From: an uncultured Clostridia bacterium
Lineage (GTDB): Bacteria; Bacillota; Clostridia; Christensenellales; UBA1242
NCBI GenBank assembly: GCA_944384475.1
Contig: CALWTN010000034.1
Location: forward strand, 1-40,132
DNA length: 40,132 nucleotides
Reading direction: 5' to 3'
Both the position numbers and the translations under genes were made by a program. Positions 9,301-18,207 of this stretch are shown in pieces. The first letter of the stretch is position 1. Every line of letters begins with the position of its first letter. The notes under the pieces are model-generated. The model was not told where the DNA came from, ran no database searches, and saw only the letters and a list, made by a program, of their open reading frames with translations.

Positions 9301-12300
9301 GACTTCAGCAACTGACAAAACTGTCACTGTAACTGCTCAGCAAGGCGAAAACGGCTCTCTCATGCTTAACGGCGGAGTGTTGCAAGAAGTTCCTTTTGTT
9401 GATATGGAAGGCACGTATGTGTTCTTAATCAGAGATGCTTCCAACACACAAGGCTCAAACCTTGCTGCTGATCAAAAATATTTGCAATATGCTTCTAATT
9501 ATCAATATATTAACGTGACAGGCGATCAATCGCTTACACAAATTCAATATTACGAAAGTGGAAGTCAGCAAGCAACTGTGTTGTCACAAGCCTCCTATGC
9601 AAGCATCGGCTATGCAGACGAAGAGCAAGGCTTAATGTATAGATCAAGCTACTACAATCCAACTTCACTTGAAACAACATTATATGTTTCTTTCAAGCCA
9701 ACGATCGAACATAATGACGGCTCAACCTCACAAGTTGATAAAATTATTTTACATTACTATCCTTATCAAACTGTGACACAAACTTTGATGGACGAAAACA
9801 CTGGGCTAATAAAATATGTTTATTATGAAACCCTTTCCTCACAACCTGAATTTTCAGAAACAGTCTATTCATTTGATACAAACGGCGCAAACACCGAAGT
9901 TATTGAAAAAGCAATCAACGTATCGAACAATATGACAACCAAGGGTAAATATGTGCTTGAAAGAACTTACAAAACAGGTGAAAATTACACTATTGACGTG
10001 TTTGATTATTACAAGCGCAGCTTGACAAGCATCGTTGATAGATACGGCGTGTTAACATCACCTGACCCTGTAAATTATGAGACCGAATCAAGAGAATACT
10101 TTGTTGGCAGTCTGTCAGAAGTGCAATCAACAACATTTACAACCGTTTTGCATGGCAACATCTTGATCGTATCACTTACAAGCGGCACAGAGTTGCCAGC
10201 ATATACTGTGGCGTATAAGGCAAGCGCAGATGGAAAAGCAACAATCGTAGCCCCATCAAAAGACTCGGTAACAACTCATTTTTACAACTTTGACGGCGAA
10301 ATATATTCTTATGACATATACTTAGGCGCGCCAACCGAGGAAGAGATAAATAATGGCACAACATCACCGATTTCTAAATATGATGAAAACGTGCAAGCAA
10401 ACGATTATTATAAAGCAACCATAATAAGCAACGAATCCATGGAAAGCATTGTCGGCGGCGACATAATGATCAACATGTATGACGGCATTTCGCCTAATTC
10501 GGGCGTGATATCAGTTTCAATCCCTTATTATAATGAAGAAACTCTGCTTCCGTCAGGCGACAGCTTTTACACAGAAAATAAAACCAACTGGCTTGACAGC
10601 GATTCTGTAAACACAACCTTAAATACAAATAAATTGCCTGTAAGCCTTTATATCCCTGAGGTGAAATATACTCTTTATAACCAAAGCGACATAGAAATAT
10701 CCGATGGCTCTACAATATTTACAAATATTGCCAATGATTATCTTTCAAGGTTTAATGAGGATGATGAATACTCCATTATTTCACAATATCAAATTGTTGC
10801 TCAAATTTCTTTTGTAAGTTCGTCAGGCGCTGAAAGCCACACCTATACTTCCCGCAGCGGAAGTGACGGCTATCTTGCTTTCTATGACGAGCAAGGAAAT
10901 CTTGTGCCTAACTTTACACAATCAGGCATATATTATGTAACCATCACACAAGGCTACAACTCAGACTCAAACAGTTCAAACAATTTTAGAAAAAATTATA
11001 AATTTGCTTTTGAAATTGAGGCTACCAAACCTGATTTTGATTTAACTGCTTCGGGCTCGCCTCTTTCTTCATTGGATGAAAAGCTCACCAACGAAGACAC
11101 AAAATATACTCCAAACTATTACACAAATTCAAAGATAGTCACCGTTGCATGGGAAGATTTTAATTCAAGATATCTTGCAAACATTGACAAAAACAACATC
11201 ACGCTTACATACTCCAAATCGGGCATTCCTTACACAAGAACAATCAGCATTGTAAATGGCAAAATCAATGTCGTTGGAGAATACGATGATAAAGAAACTT
11301 TACTTGCCAGCCTTTCCTATTCGCAAAGCGGGCTTATGAATTACTTAAATGTAAATCTTGACACATTGGGCTACTATCAAAACGGCGCTTCGCTTTCTGT
11401 AACAATGCAATTTGAAGGACATAATGACGACTACTACGACAAAACAACAAAAAATGTTATCGTGGATAAACAGGCTTCTTATGACACGATTGGCTCACTC
11501 ATTTCAGCCTTGCAGCCACTATCTTCAAGCAATTTACAGCTAAACGATCGCACTCTTAGAAACTATTTTGATATTGAAGGAAAAACGGTTTCAACTCCAC
11601 AAGAGGCAACTTACAACAGTTCTGTTAATTTAGGCAATTTTAAATATTACAGCTACTTAGTAAATCAAACCTTCTTTGAAACTCTGCGTGGCAAAGCAAT
11701 CGAAAACAAAAACTCTTACGGTTCTTATAACGGTGGCACAATCAACGCTTATTACAGGCAAGTTGAGCCTTACACAACTTCATTTACTGAAACAAGTTAC
11801 GACAACTTTGCCGCTTCTGCATTTACAAATATGGAAACAGACGAGATATATTTAAATCCAAACACATATTACGAAATAGTAGAAGAAGATCTTGCAGGCA
11901 ACCTTACAATTTACATTGTCTACTACTACTCTGTCGATGACGGCAACGGAATTGCGACAGGCGAAGAAATCTTAAATCAAGGAATCACGTTCACCGATCA
12001 TCAAACACAAAAATTGGCAAATGACTCTCAAATTTTAAGTGGAAAGCTCAACCTTTACTCTTCGACTGACTTTGCAATCAACAAGCTCAATTTCCAAGGC
12101 GATGCGTGGATAATCATGTCGGTTGAAGGCAAACAGTATATGCTCAGCCCTTGGCTTGATAGTTCAAGCGTGTATGATATTGCTTCTATGAGCGTTGTTT
12201 CAATGGCAAGCATATTCCAAGATTACACTTCATCAACATCGCCAATTTCACTTCAATTTTCAAACAGGTTTGATGGCTCGATGTGCCCTGTAAACTTAAC

Positions 12301-15094
12301 TTTGCTAGACGGCGTGCAGTTAAACACCAGCCTTTCAAACTCTGCGGCACAAGAATATGTAAACGTTTCATATTCAAGCCATGTATATCCTACCAAAGTT
12401 CAGGTTTACAATAATAATATCTTGATATACACCTCGGACAACGATCCTAACACAATTTCAAATTTATATAACCCTTCATATTTATACACATCAGGCTGGG
12501 AAAGCAGCGACACTATAATCGCAACAAACCAAGCAGCTTATTCAAGATTCAACTTCGCATTTGCATCGCTGCCTCAAAATGGAAGCAAAATTAAATATGA
12601 AATCACCGACAACTTTGGGAATGTCATCAAACTTGTTCACATCTTTGGTCAAGATAATTTCCAAGAAATAACAAGCGAAGGCAATCGATACGAAGCGCAA
12701 ATTAATGATGCTACAACGGGCGGAGAACTTGAAACATATTACATAAGCCCAGTTAGACTTAACTACACTTTCAACAATCAAATTAATCATGTTGTTGTTA
12801 AAATGTGGAACGGCGTAACTTGGGCAGATGCTCGAAATGGAGTGGACTTCAACTATTCAACAAACGGCAACATAACAACTTATGCGTTCTCAAACCTTTC
12901 AGATCAAGATTTGTTCAACCTTAAATTTAAAATTGTAGTGTTTGAAAAATCGGAGGACGAAACAATCCCAGATGGAGATGAGAGTTTGTTTATCAAAAAC
13001 GTTTATTTCCAAATCTACAACATGTTGCCCCACCTGCTAGATAAGGATGAAAACGCCAACGACTTTGTATCAAACTTGAAATTCAGTGACAACTATGGCG
13101 AAAACGTAACTTATGACATTTTGACAGACGATTCAAATCAAAGAGTGAATATCGGTGGCAAAGTTTACACCATCACAAGCGCTGGACAAACTTTTGCAAG
13201 CAGGTTGACACTCACATATTCAGATTCTTCAAACTTTGATTATGCGTTCTCTGTTGGTGTGTATAAAGAAGATGGTTCGCTGGGTTCAAATTTTGTAGAC
13301 ACCACCTCGGGCGCAACTTACTCTGAAAGCGGGATTTACTACTTCCTTGTGAAATACAACTCCACTTTAACAGAAGAATACAGGCTTTATAAAATTGAAA
13401 TTCTGGATTCTTCAACAGAGTTTTATAGGGTTACCAACAACGGCAAAACGGTGGAAAAGGCAGGCTCTTACTATAAAGACGCCAACGGAATAGAGCATTC
13501 TGAATACTATATCGTCAACGTAAATTACAACACCTCTGCTTCACTTGTGGAGATTCTGCCAAACGATTATCAAAACATCTATGTTTCACAGGTAGGCGAT
13601 CCGATAGTCGAAGGCGAAAACGTTGTAACAGTGGAATACTTGGTTACAAACTACACCGATGGCGGCATAACCCCTCCTTCAGTTGGAGTTTCACCATTCA
13701 AACGTAGCGTGTTTATCACTTACATTCCACCAACATCTTTGCCAGTGACCGAGGCTTACTTTACGTATAATTCTGCTGAACAAACAGATCTGCTTTCTTC
13801 AAGCAACATCTTTGCGGCAGTAAGCAAAGAAAACCTTGATTTGAAATCGTTGAAACTCACCTTCTCAAAATCATACGGAATTGAAGAAAACTTAATCAAA
13901 ATCTCTATTTTGAAAGACGGTGTGGAATATTTCCCAGAAGTCAAGTATGAAACATCTCAAACCAAACAACTTGCTTACGTTGAGCTCGACCGCTCCGGCA
14001 CTTACATGATTTCATTTACCGACACAGCAGGAAACCAACAAATCTTTGCAAATGGAACAAGCGGAGCGTCTCATACTTTAAAACTTGTGTTCCTCAAAGA
14101 CGTATCTTACTCAATGACTTTCACTGATGCAAATGGTGTTCAACAAACCACAGACCCTATCCAAAAAGGTGTTTTCAACAACAGCGTAACGCTAACTTTG
14201 ATTAACCCTAACGAATACTACACGGCTCAATCTACTGGAAGCGGCAGGGCAATGATCTCAGTTACAAGAAACGGCGCTGATTATGAAGACTTTGAATATG
14301 ACGCACAAACATCAGCGTTCACATTCACACAACCGGGATATTACGAAGTGCATTTCTCTGCAACGGCAAGCAGCGGCATTGAACTTCGTGAAGAAGACTA
14401 CTGCTTTACAATAGTCAATCCAAACGAATCTAGATATTCACTTGAATTTGCACCTTACGATGGATACTACATCAAGTCAATTATCAAGGATAACCTAGGC
14501 GACATCTCGAAAACTGCTGACGGCAAAGTGCCAGATGCGCTAAAAGCAAACAACCAAACTGTTGTCGTTGACGGTGTTGAATATCTTAAAAACATAGTCA
14601 CCTCTTTCCATGACGCAGCAACTGGCGAAGGCAAATACACAATCACAATCGCCACAAACAAAACTTTAAACAGAGATGACTACACCACTCCTACCGAGTT
14701 TTCGTTTACATATTGGATTAACACAAGCAGTGTGCCAATTGACGTTTCGGAAACTGAGGGCACTTCAACTTCAAAAAACATCACCGTTTCATTCAACGCA
14801 GAAAGAGTTTTTGAAGCAGTGGGCGAATGTAACGTGTATATCTACGATTCAGTTTATCACATCAGTGCCGACACAATCACAAACCTTGGACTAGTCACCA
14901 AACAAATCACCACCTCAGGAACGCACTACATAACAGTAAAATCCATGAGTGGCAACTTGTTATACAGTTACAAGGTGATAAAAACCGAACCGCTCAACGC
15001 TTGGGCAATCGCCGCAATCGTTGTTGGCGGAATTGTGGCAATAGCTGTTGTGATTATAATCATCAAAACTCGAAAGAGAATTAAGGTTAAATAA
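6338..15094 (+). CDS. Giant (2,918 aa) secreted, C-terminally membrane-anchored surface protein; putative adhesin made of many beta-sandwich-like modules
   Basis: ATG at 6338 follows AGAGG. Signal peptide is MNKIKKIFSCLVLGTAATAMGVCGMFLGGQTQTLSASV. The body is rich in N/T/S/Y/D. Module ends recur with D-x-(A/S)-G-N (IYDEAGNSAVQILLLDNSKPYF, EEDLAGNLTIYIV, FTDTAGNQQIF, ITDNFGNVIKLV) and boundaries of the type KTAPTF / NSKPYF / ATKPDF. The C-terminus is WAIAAIVVGGIVAIAVVIIIIKTRKRIKVK (TM plus basic tail), with no LPxTG. Confidence 0.85.
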   Translation: MNKIKKIFSCLVLGTAATAMGVCGMFLGGQTQTLSASVTEEEIVNSLPNFFDQSLLSKNYFFDSEDLHLKFNYNIESGDNRSTLQADEPESGDEEQPTTKPYIFKFYPNAENTNNYYFFDIQSITFYINDTRLNIASEDLNKLITTSTAQTKMTNEDFYPEILDFKVAYDAAAQSPSVKHATVTSNTNDQGNTTFSLTPAVLTINQTGVLRMDVQYNLYNTTLIPGSGDDFTESAEVLTNQPFSYTCFLLQTSEYFENAEQDSPSLSYGNFTRTPSESSAHRYNYFYNYSSQALPYITYDANKVRLTVTKYFNNETQSQTLVYNPESKTVNAPDFASATKVDAENDQITLYFNDVGQYNFSFDLIYTTNPSDGVYNIYDLEKTVPDQKAYLFGSQLFFTDYSSNQYKEFKIIDQNQSVSHGADVTYLKDQPPLGVDFKDSLLNYEPVSTDQTPLKFTSNLTQLASTGDGAKTITVWTLGKDEDGNDTWNSTNINDITATFNTSGTYFVELTYDFASYTDNTGAINSTNDNQHFTQYFYFKIDKTAPTFTMAYLDEEDQSSWKTLYSKEYTNSSQVKLSYADFENPFHSPVTFEYEKIDFTNNNLLTSASISFNDSGEYFFEDEGIYTIKVYYGKQGTANDPSTAMFTIDRQDIQNLAAHAVEQASNNQYKVSSLVSNATNQSFVFSWKNQKDSGAKTFGKYKYYALEYNDYYTGATNLHSLITALLNNENMLATDAKLNFSSTSNSWIDYANTEHLINGNGLISSTYVRSDAGLYIFQIYDEAGNSAVQILLLDNSKPYFVLLTADGYSLITSNHTLTTDATLVWGDYKGIQIDFGNTNNTFNDVVYQNKYDKVDEDIKAALQQFASSIKTYANIGYGKNGSYYRSEINSQFAFKDKSSENYTLQTGNQKQIQFSYSVHYTTDGQGKTTFYFSTTTENYYINVETGVIREAESGAYIDGLPLQDAQVYMLNAQGKNQYYYGLPNSLTLTSATDKTVTVTAQQGENGSLMLNGGVLQEVPFVDMEGTYVFLIRDASNTQGSNLAADQKYLQYASNYQYINVTGDQSLTQIQYYESGSQQATVLSQASYASIGYADEEQGLMYRSSYYNPTSLETTLYVSFKPTIEHNDGSTSQVDKIILHYYPYQTVTQTLMDENTGLIKYVYYETLSSQPEFSETVYSFDTNGANTEVIEKAINVSNNMTTKGKYVLERTYKTGENYTIDVFDYYKRSLTSIVDRYGVLTSPDPVNYETESREYFVGSLSEVQSTTFTTVLHGNILIVSLTSGTELPAYTVAYKASADGKATIVAPSKDSVTTHFYNFDGEIYSYDIYLGAPTEEEINNGTTSPISKYDENVQANDYYKATIISNESMESIVGGDIMINMYDGISPNSGVISVSIPYYNEETLLPSGDSFYTENKTNWLDSDSVNTTLNTNKLPVSLYIPEVKYTLYNQSDIEISDGSTIFTNIANDYLSRFNEDDEYSIISQYQIVAQISFVSSSGAESHTYTSRSGSDGYLAFYDEQGNLVPNFTQSGIYYVTITQGYNSDSNSSNNFRKNYKFAFEIEATKPDFDLTASGSPLSSLDEKLTNEDTKYTPNYYTNSKIVTVAWEDFNSRYLANIDKNNITLTYSKSGIPYTRTISIVNGKINVVGEYDDKETLLASLSYSQSGLMNYLNVNLDTLGYYQNGASLSVTMQFEGHNDDYYDKTTKNVIVDKQASYDTIGSLISALQPLSSSNLQLNDRTLRNYFDIEGKTVSTPQEATYNSSVNLGNFKYYSYLVNQTFFETLRGKAIENKNSYGSYNGGTINAYYRQVEPYTTSFTETSYDNFAASAFTNMETDEIYLNPNTYYEIVEEDLAGNLTIYIVYYYSVDDGNGIATGEEILNQGITFTDHQTQKLANDSQILSGKLNLYSSTDFAINKLNFQGDAWIIMSVEGKQYMLSPWLDSSSVYDIASMSVVSMASIFQDYTSSTSPISLQFSNRFDGSMCPVNLTLLDGVQLNTSLSNSAAQEYVNVSYSSHVYPTKVQVYNNNILIYTSDNDPNTISNLYNPSYLYTSGWESSDTIIATNQAAYSRFNFAFASLPQNGSKIKYEITDNFGNVIKLVHIFGQDNFQEITSEGNRYEAQINDATTGGELETYYISPVRLNYTFNNQINHVVVKMWNGVTWADARNGVDFNYSTNGNITTYAFSNLSDQDLFNLKFKIVVFEKSEDETIPDGDESLFIKNVYFQIYNMLPHLLDKDENANDFVSNLKFSDNYGENVTYDILTDDSNQRVNIGGKVYTITSAGQTFASRLTLTYSDSSNFDYAFSVGVYKEDGSLGSNFVDTTSGATYSESGIYYFLVKYNSTLTEEYRLYKIEILDSSTEFYRVTNNGKTVEKAGSYYKDANGIEHSEYYIVNVNYNTSASLVEILPNDYQNIYVSQVGDPIVEGENVVTVEYLVTNYTDGGITPPSVGVSPFKRSVFITYIPPTSLPVTEAYFTYNSAEQTDLLSSSNIFAAVSKENLDLKSLKLTFSKSYGIEENLIKISILKDGVEYFPEVKYETSQTKQLAYVELDRSGTYMISFTDTAGNQQIFANGTSGASHTLKLVFLKDVSYSMTFTDANGVQQTTDPIQKGVFNNSVTLTLINPNEYYTAQSTGSGRAMISVTRNGADYEDFEYDAQTSAFTFTQPGYYEVHFSATASSGIELREEDYCFTIVNPNESRYSLEFAPYDGYYIKSIIKDNLGDISKTADGKVPDALKANNQTVVVDGVEYLKNIVTSFHDAATGEGKYTITIATNKTLNRDDYTTPTEFSFTYWINTSSVPIDVSETEGTSTSKNITVSFNAERVFEAVGECNVYIYDSVYHISADTITNLGLVTKQITTSGTHYITVKSMSGNLLYSYKVIKTEPLNAWAIAAIVVGGIVAIAVVIIIIKTRKRIKVK

Positions 15095-15103
15095 AAATAA
15101 AAA

Positions 15104-15137
15104 ACACTTAAACAAACACGTTTAAGTGTTTTTTTTG
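15104..15137 (+). terminator. Rho-independent terminator of the giant gene
   Basis: ACACTTAAAC / AAACAC / GTTTAAGTGT followed by T8. Confidence 0.8.
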
Positions 15138-15280
15138 GGGGTGCTTTTTATCACAAAAATATGTTTATATTTTTTGTTTTCACCTTCGTTTGGTTTTTAA
15201 AAATATGTGGACAAGTGGCGTGCTTTTTAAGTGCATGACATGGTTAATAAAAATTTTTTGTATAAGACTGCGGATAAAAT

Positions 15281-15310
15281 AAAAAAACACCGACTTTTCG
15301 GTGTTTTTTA
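15281..15310 (-). terminator. Rho-independent terminator after rplA
   Basis: Minus strand: ACACCGA / AAAG / TCGGTGT followed by T7. Confidence 0.8.
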
Positions 15311-15318
15311 ATAGTTTT

Positions 15319-16002
15319 TTATCCCAAAGTTACAACTTTTACGCCTGGACCCATGCTTGAACAGATTGAAATATTTTTGAAATATTGTCCTTTTGCTGCT
15401 GCTGGTTTTGCTTTTTGAAGTGCTTCGATAACTGTTGTGTAGTTTGCCATAAGTTTATCTTTGCCAAAGCTTACTTTGCCCAAAATTACGTGAACATTGT
15501 TTGTTTTGTCAAGCCTATATTCAACTTTACCAGCTTTAACATCGTTGATTGCTTTTTTAACATCCATTGTAACAGTGCCGCTTTTTGGGTTTGGCATCAA
15601 ACCTTTAGGGCCAAGCACTCTTGCAACTCTGCCCACAACACCCATCATGTCAGGTGTGGTGATGCACACGTCAAAGTCAAGCCATCCGCCTTGGATTTTT
15701 GCAACGATTTCTTCTGCGCCAACATAGTCTGCTCCCGCTTTAACAGCATCATCTGCCTTGTCGCCTTTTGCAATTACAAGCACTTTAACTTTTTTGCCTG
15801 TTCCGTGAGGAAGAACAACCACGCCACGCACTTGTTGATCTGCGTTTCTTCCATCAACGCCAAGTCTTACATGAAGTTCAACTGTTTCATCAAATTTTGC
15901 CTTTGCAGTTTCAAGCATTTTATCAAAAGCTTCGCTTACTGGATAAGCCTGAGCTTTATCATAACTGGAAAGGGCTGCTTGCATTCTTTTGCCTTTTTTC
16001 AT
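15319..16002 (-). CDS. rplA: 50S ribosomal protein L1
   Basis: 227 aa, MKKGKR...[12 protein letters not shown]...[13 protein letters not shown]...[14 protein letters not shown], typical of L1. Confidence 0.97.
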   Translation of the reverse strand: MKKGKRMQAALSSYDKAQAYPVSEAFDKMLETAKAKFDETVELHVRLGVDGRNADQQVRGVVVLPHGTGKKVKVLVIAKGDKADDAVKAGADYVGAEEIVAKIQGGWLDFDVCITTPDMMGVVGRVARVLGPKGLMPNPKSGTVTMDVKKAINDVKAGKVEYRLDKTNNVHVILGKVSFGKDKLMANYTTVIEALQKAKPAAAKGQYFKNISICSSMGPGVKVVTLG

Positions 16003-16013
16003 ACTTTTCCTCC

Positions 16014-16442
16014 TTACTCAGTTACAGTAACGCCCATGCTGCGAGCTGCACCTTCAATCCTGCTCATAGCTGCTTCGATGCTGCCTGCATTGAGATCTGG
16101 CATTTTAAGTTCTGCAATCTCTCTGACTTGAGCTTTGGTGATTGATCCGACTTTTGTTTTGTTTGGTTTTGCCGAGCCTTTATCCAACCCGATAGCCTTT
16201 TTAATTAAAACGGCTGCTGGTGGAGTTTTAAGCACGAAGCTAAAAGACCTGTCTTGGTAGATTGTGATTACCACAGGTATGATAAGCCCTGCCTGAGATG
16301 CAGTCTTATCGTTGAATTCTTTGGTAAATGCCGCAATGTTGATTCCATGTGGGCCAAGTGATGAGCCTACTGGAGGTCCCGGTGTGGCTTTACCTGCTGG
16401 GAGTTGAAGTTTAACAACTGCCCCAATTTTTTTTACTGCCAT
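16014..16442 (-). CDS. rplK: 50S ribosomal protein L11
   Basis: 142 aa, [29 protein letters not shown], typical of L11. Confidence 0.97.
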   Translation of the reverse strand: MAVKKIGAVVKLQLPAGKATPGPPVGSSLGPHGINIAAFTKEFNDKTASQAGLIIPVVITIYQDRSFSFVLKTPPAAVLIKKAIGLDKGSAKPNKTKVGSITKAQVREIAELKMPDLNAGSIEAAMSRIEGAARSMGVTVTE

Positions 16443-16548
16443 TTTATCCTCCTTATTGTGGTGAAATTTGAGTGGTGCAGTTCCACTCTCCCACGATTTT
16501 GCCGAGTTTACACTCGTATATTAAGCAATTTCTTGCAAAATACCATTT

Positions 16549-17187
16549 TTATGCGTCAATTCTGCGCATCTGTGTGTAGTCAAGTTCCACAGGCGCTTCT
16601 CTGCCAAACATTTCAACAATAACAGTTGCAATGCTGGTTTCAGGATTCACAGATTGAACTGTGCCGATTGTGCCTTCAAGTGGGCCATCGATGACTTCAA
16701 CTTTATCGCCAACTTTTAGGTCAACCTCAACCTTGATTTTTTCAAGTTTGTTTTTGCGCACTTCTTCTTCAGTGAGCGGAAGAGGTCGTCCGTTTGGCCC
16801 TACAAAGCCTGTGATGCCTCTTGTTCTGGTCACATTGTGCCACAAGTCATCTCCGTAAATCATTTTTACAAAGATATAGCATGGCATGCTTTTTCTTTCA
16901 ACAAGTTTTTTCTTGCCGTTTTTCTCTTCCACCACGCTTTCCATTGGAATGATGATGTCAAATATTCTGTCTTGCAAACCAAATTTTGTAATTACGGTTT
17001 CCAAATTCTCTTTGGCAACATTTTCATATCCCGAAAAAGTGTGAAGAGCATACCATCTTGGTTGATTTGAAGATGCCACCGCTTCATGCGTTATGATCTG
17101 CTCTGGCTGTGCCTGCTCTTTTTCTTGTGATTGTGAGTTTTCGCTTAGCACTTTTTCTTCAATAACTTCGTCTTTGTTATTCTCCAT
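16549..17187 (-). CDS. nusG: Transcription termination/antitermination factor NusG, with an approx 40-aa acidic N-terminal extension
   Basis: 212 aa with SD AAGGAG. It has RWYALHTFSGYEN (NGN domain) and a C-terminal KOW motif (GDKVEVIDGPLEGTIGTV). Confidence 0.95.
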   Translation of the reverse strand: MENNKDEVIEEKVLSENSQSQEKEQAQPEQIITHEAVASSNQPRWYALHTFSGYENVAKENLETVITKFGLQDRIFDIIIPMESVVEEKNGKKKLVERKSMPCYIFVKMIYGDDLWHNVTRTRGITGFVGPNGRPLPLTEEEVRKNKLEKIKVEVDLKVGDKVEVIDGPLEGTIGTVQSVNPETSIATVIVEMFGREAPVELDYTQMRRIDA

Positions 17188-17199
17188 GTTCTACTCCTT

Positions 17200-17553
17200 T
17201 CAAGTTAAAAGTCCAAATAGGTAGTAAAGCCCAACATCCAAACCAAACAAAACAATACCAAAAATCACAACAACTGAAAGAACGATGCCTGTTTTTTTGC
17301 AAACTTCGCCAAAGCTTGGCCAAGAAACTTTTTTAAGTTCGCTTACTGTTTCACGCACTTTACGCCTAAACTTTTTTTCCTTAGGCTTTTTTTCTTTTTT
17401 GTTTTTAGCGTTTTTGTCTTCTTTGGCTGCTTTTTTTTCTTCTTTTGCAGGCACAACAGATTCGCTGCTTTGCTTAACAGCGTCATCTTGATCTTTTTCT
17501 TCGGTTTGAGAAACTAAAACTTGCTTTTCTAAGTTTTTATTTTTCTTGGACAT
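17200..17553 (-). CDS. secE: Preprotein translocase subunit SecE with a long Lys/Glu-rich N-terminal extension
   Basis: 117 aa with SD GGGAGGAGAA. The C-terminal 60 aa (VRETVSELKKVSWPSFGEVCKKTGIVLSVVVIFGIVLFGLDVGLYYLF) is canonical SecE. It sits in the rpmG-secE-nusG context. Confidence 0.9.
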   Translation of the reverse strand: MSKKNKNLEKQVLVSQTEEKDQDDAVKQSSESVVPAKEEKKAAKEDKNAKNKKEKKPKEKKFRRKVRETVSELKKVSWPSFGEVCKKTGIVLSVVVIFGIVLFGLDVGLYYLFGLLT

Positions 17554-17568
17554 TTCTCCTCCCTGACT

Positions 17569-17730
17569 TTATTTTGTTTCTTTATGAACAGTTCTTTTTC
17601 CGCATCTTGGGCAGAATTTTTTAATTTCAATTCTTTCCGGATTTGCGGTGCTGTTTTTAGAAGTAGCATAATTTCTCTCTTGGCATTCAGTGCATGCAAG
17701 AGTTATGTCTTTACGTTTTGGTGCTGCCAT
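17569..17730 (-). CDS. rpmG: 50S ribosomal protein L33
   Basis: Below the ORF-track size cut-off, so hand translated: [53 protein letters not shown] (53 aa). SD is AGGAGA. It has the CxxC...CxxC L33 signature and the conserved position upstream of secE. Confidence 0.92.
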   Translation of the reverse strand: MAAPKRKDITLACTECQERNYATSKNSTANPERIEIKKFCPRCGKRTVHKETK

Positions 17731-17745
17731 ATTTTTATCTCCTAA

Positions 17746-17810
17746 CAAAAAACTAACACCCCGATTTGGAAGTGTTAGTGTATTTTAACAAATATATTTT
17801 TTTTTGTCAA
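17746..17810 (-). promoter_or_regulatory. Sigma-A promoter of the rpmG-secE-nusG operon, followed by a terminator-like leader hairpin
   Basis: Minus strand: TTGACA (17805-17810), 17 nt, TAAAAT (17782-17787). Then ACTAACAC / 12-nt loop / GTGTTAGT plus T6 (17746-17779), ending just before the SD GTTAGGAGA of rpmG. Confidence 0.5.
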
Positions 17811-17823
17811 GAGAAAAGCAAGC

Positions 17824-18117
17824 CTATTTTGAAGATTTTTTAAAGTTTTTAAGATCGACTGGCGTTATGATTGCATCAATTAAAATTGGCGTTTGGTTTT
17901 GGCTGCACTTTTTGCTGACAGTTTCAAAATCGCTTGGCAAGTTAAAATCAAGGTCGTTTGTTGCAACATACAAAAAATAAACCCTCAACAAATCTTTTGC
18001 AAACAAAAAGGCATCTTCAAAATTTTCGCCAGAGGTTGAGATGTCTAAGTCTGGAAAATAAACTTTTGTTTGATTGTCATCTTGATAAAAAATTGCTGGG
18101 TATATAAACTGCTGCAT
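17824..18117 (-). CDS. HicB-like antitoxin-fold protein (HicB_lk_antitox type); solo, with no DNA-binding domain and no adjacent HicA
   Basis: Start is chosen at MQQFIYPAIFY (GGAG then 6 nt then ATG), giving 97 aa. YPAIFYQDDNQTKVYFPDLDISTSGENFEDAFLFAKDLL matches the HicB N-terminal consensus (Y.a.f....g.y.v.FPDlpg..t.G.t.eeA...A.e.L). Confidence 0.6.
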   Translation of the reverse strand: MQQFIYPAIFYQDDNQTKVYFPDLDISTSGENFEDAFLFAKDLLRVYFLYVATNDLDFNLPSDFETVSKKCSQNQTPILIDAIITPVDLKNFKKSSK

Positions 18118-18173
18118 AACATTCTCCATTATCATTTTATCATTATTTTTTACTTTTACCAAACAAATTGCAT

Positions 18174-18194
18174 AAAAAAACAGGCTTTCGCCTG
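18174..18194 (-). terminator. Rho-independent terminator after the 45-aa ORF
   Basis: Minus strand: CAGGC / GAAA / GCCTG followed by T7. Confidence 0.7.
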
Positions 18195-18207
18195 CAATTT
18201 TGATAAA

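Noticed and set aside
15138-15280. 25-codon ORF (MWTSGVLFKCMTWLIKIFCIRLRIK) between the two convergent terminators.
   Set aside because: It has no SD, lies between terminators and is of a length expected by chance.
15385-16131. Long antisense ORFs inside well-supported genes, for example 1722-2336, 15385-16131, 20916-21521, 26049-26606, 30792-31304, 37547-37957 and many shorter ones.
   Set aside because: They are shadow ORFs opposite conserved housekeeping genes. They have Cys/Phe/Ser-rich unnatural composition, lack an SD and show no recognisable motifs.
16443-16548. Possible L1-binding autoregulatory leader upstream of rplK (hairpin GAGTGG/CCACTC).
   Set aside because: It is only a 6-bp hairpin. 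I cannot verify resemblance to the L1 23S-rRNA mimic from memory, so the evidence is too weak to call.
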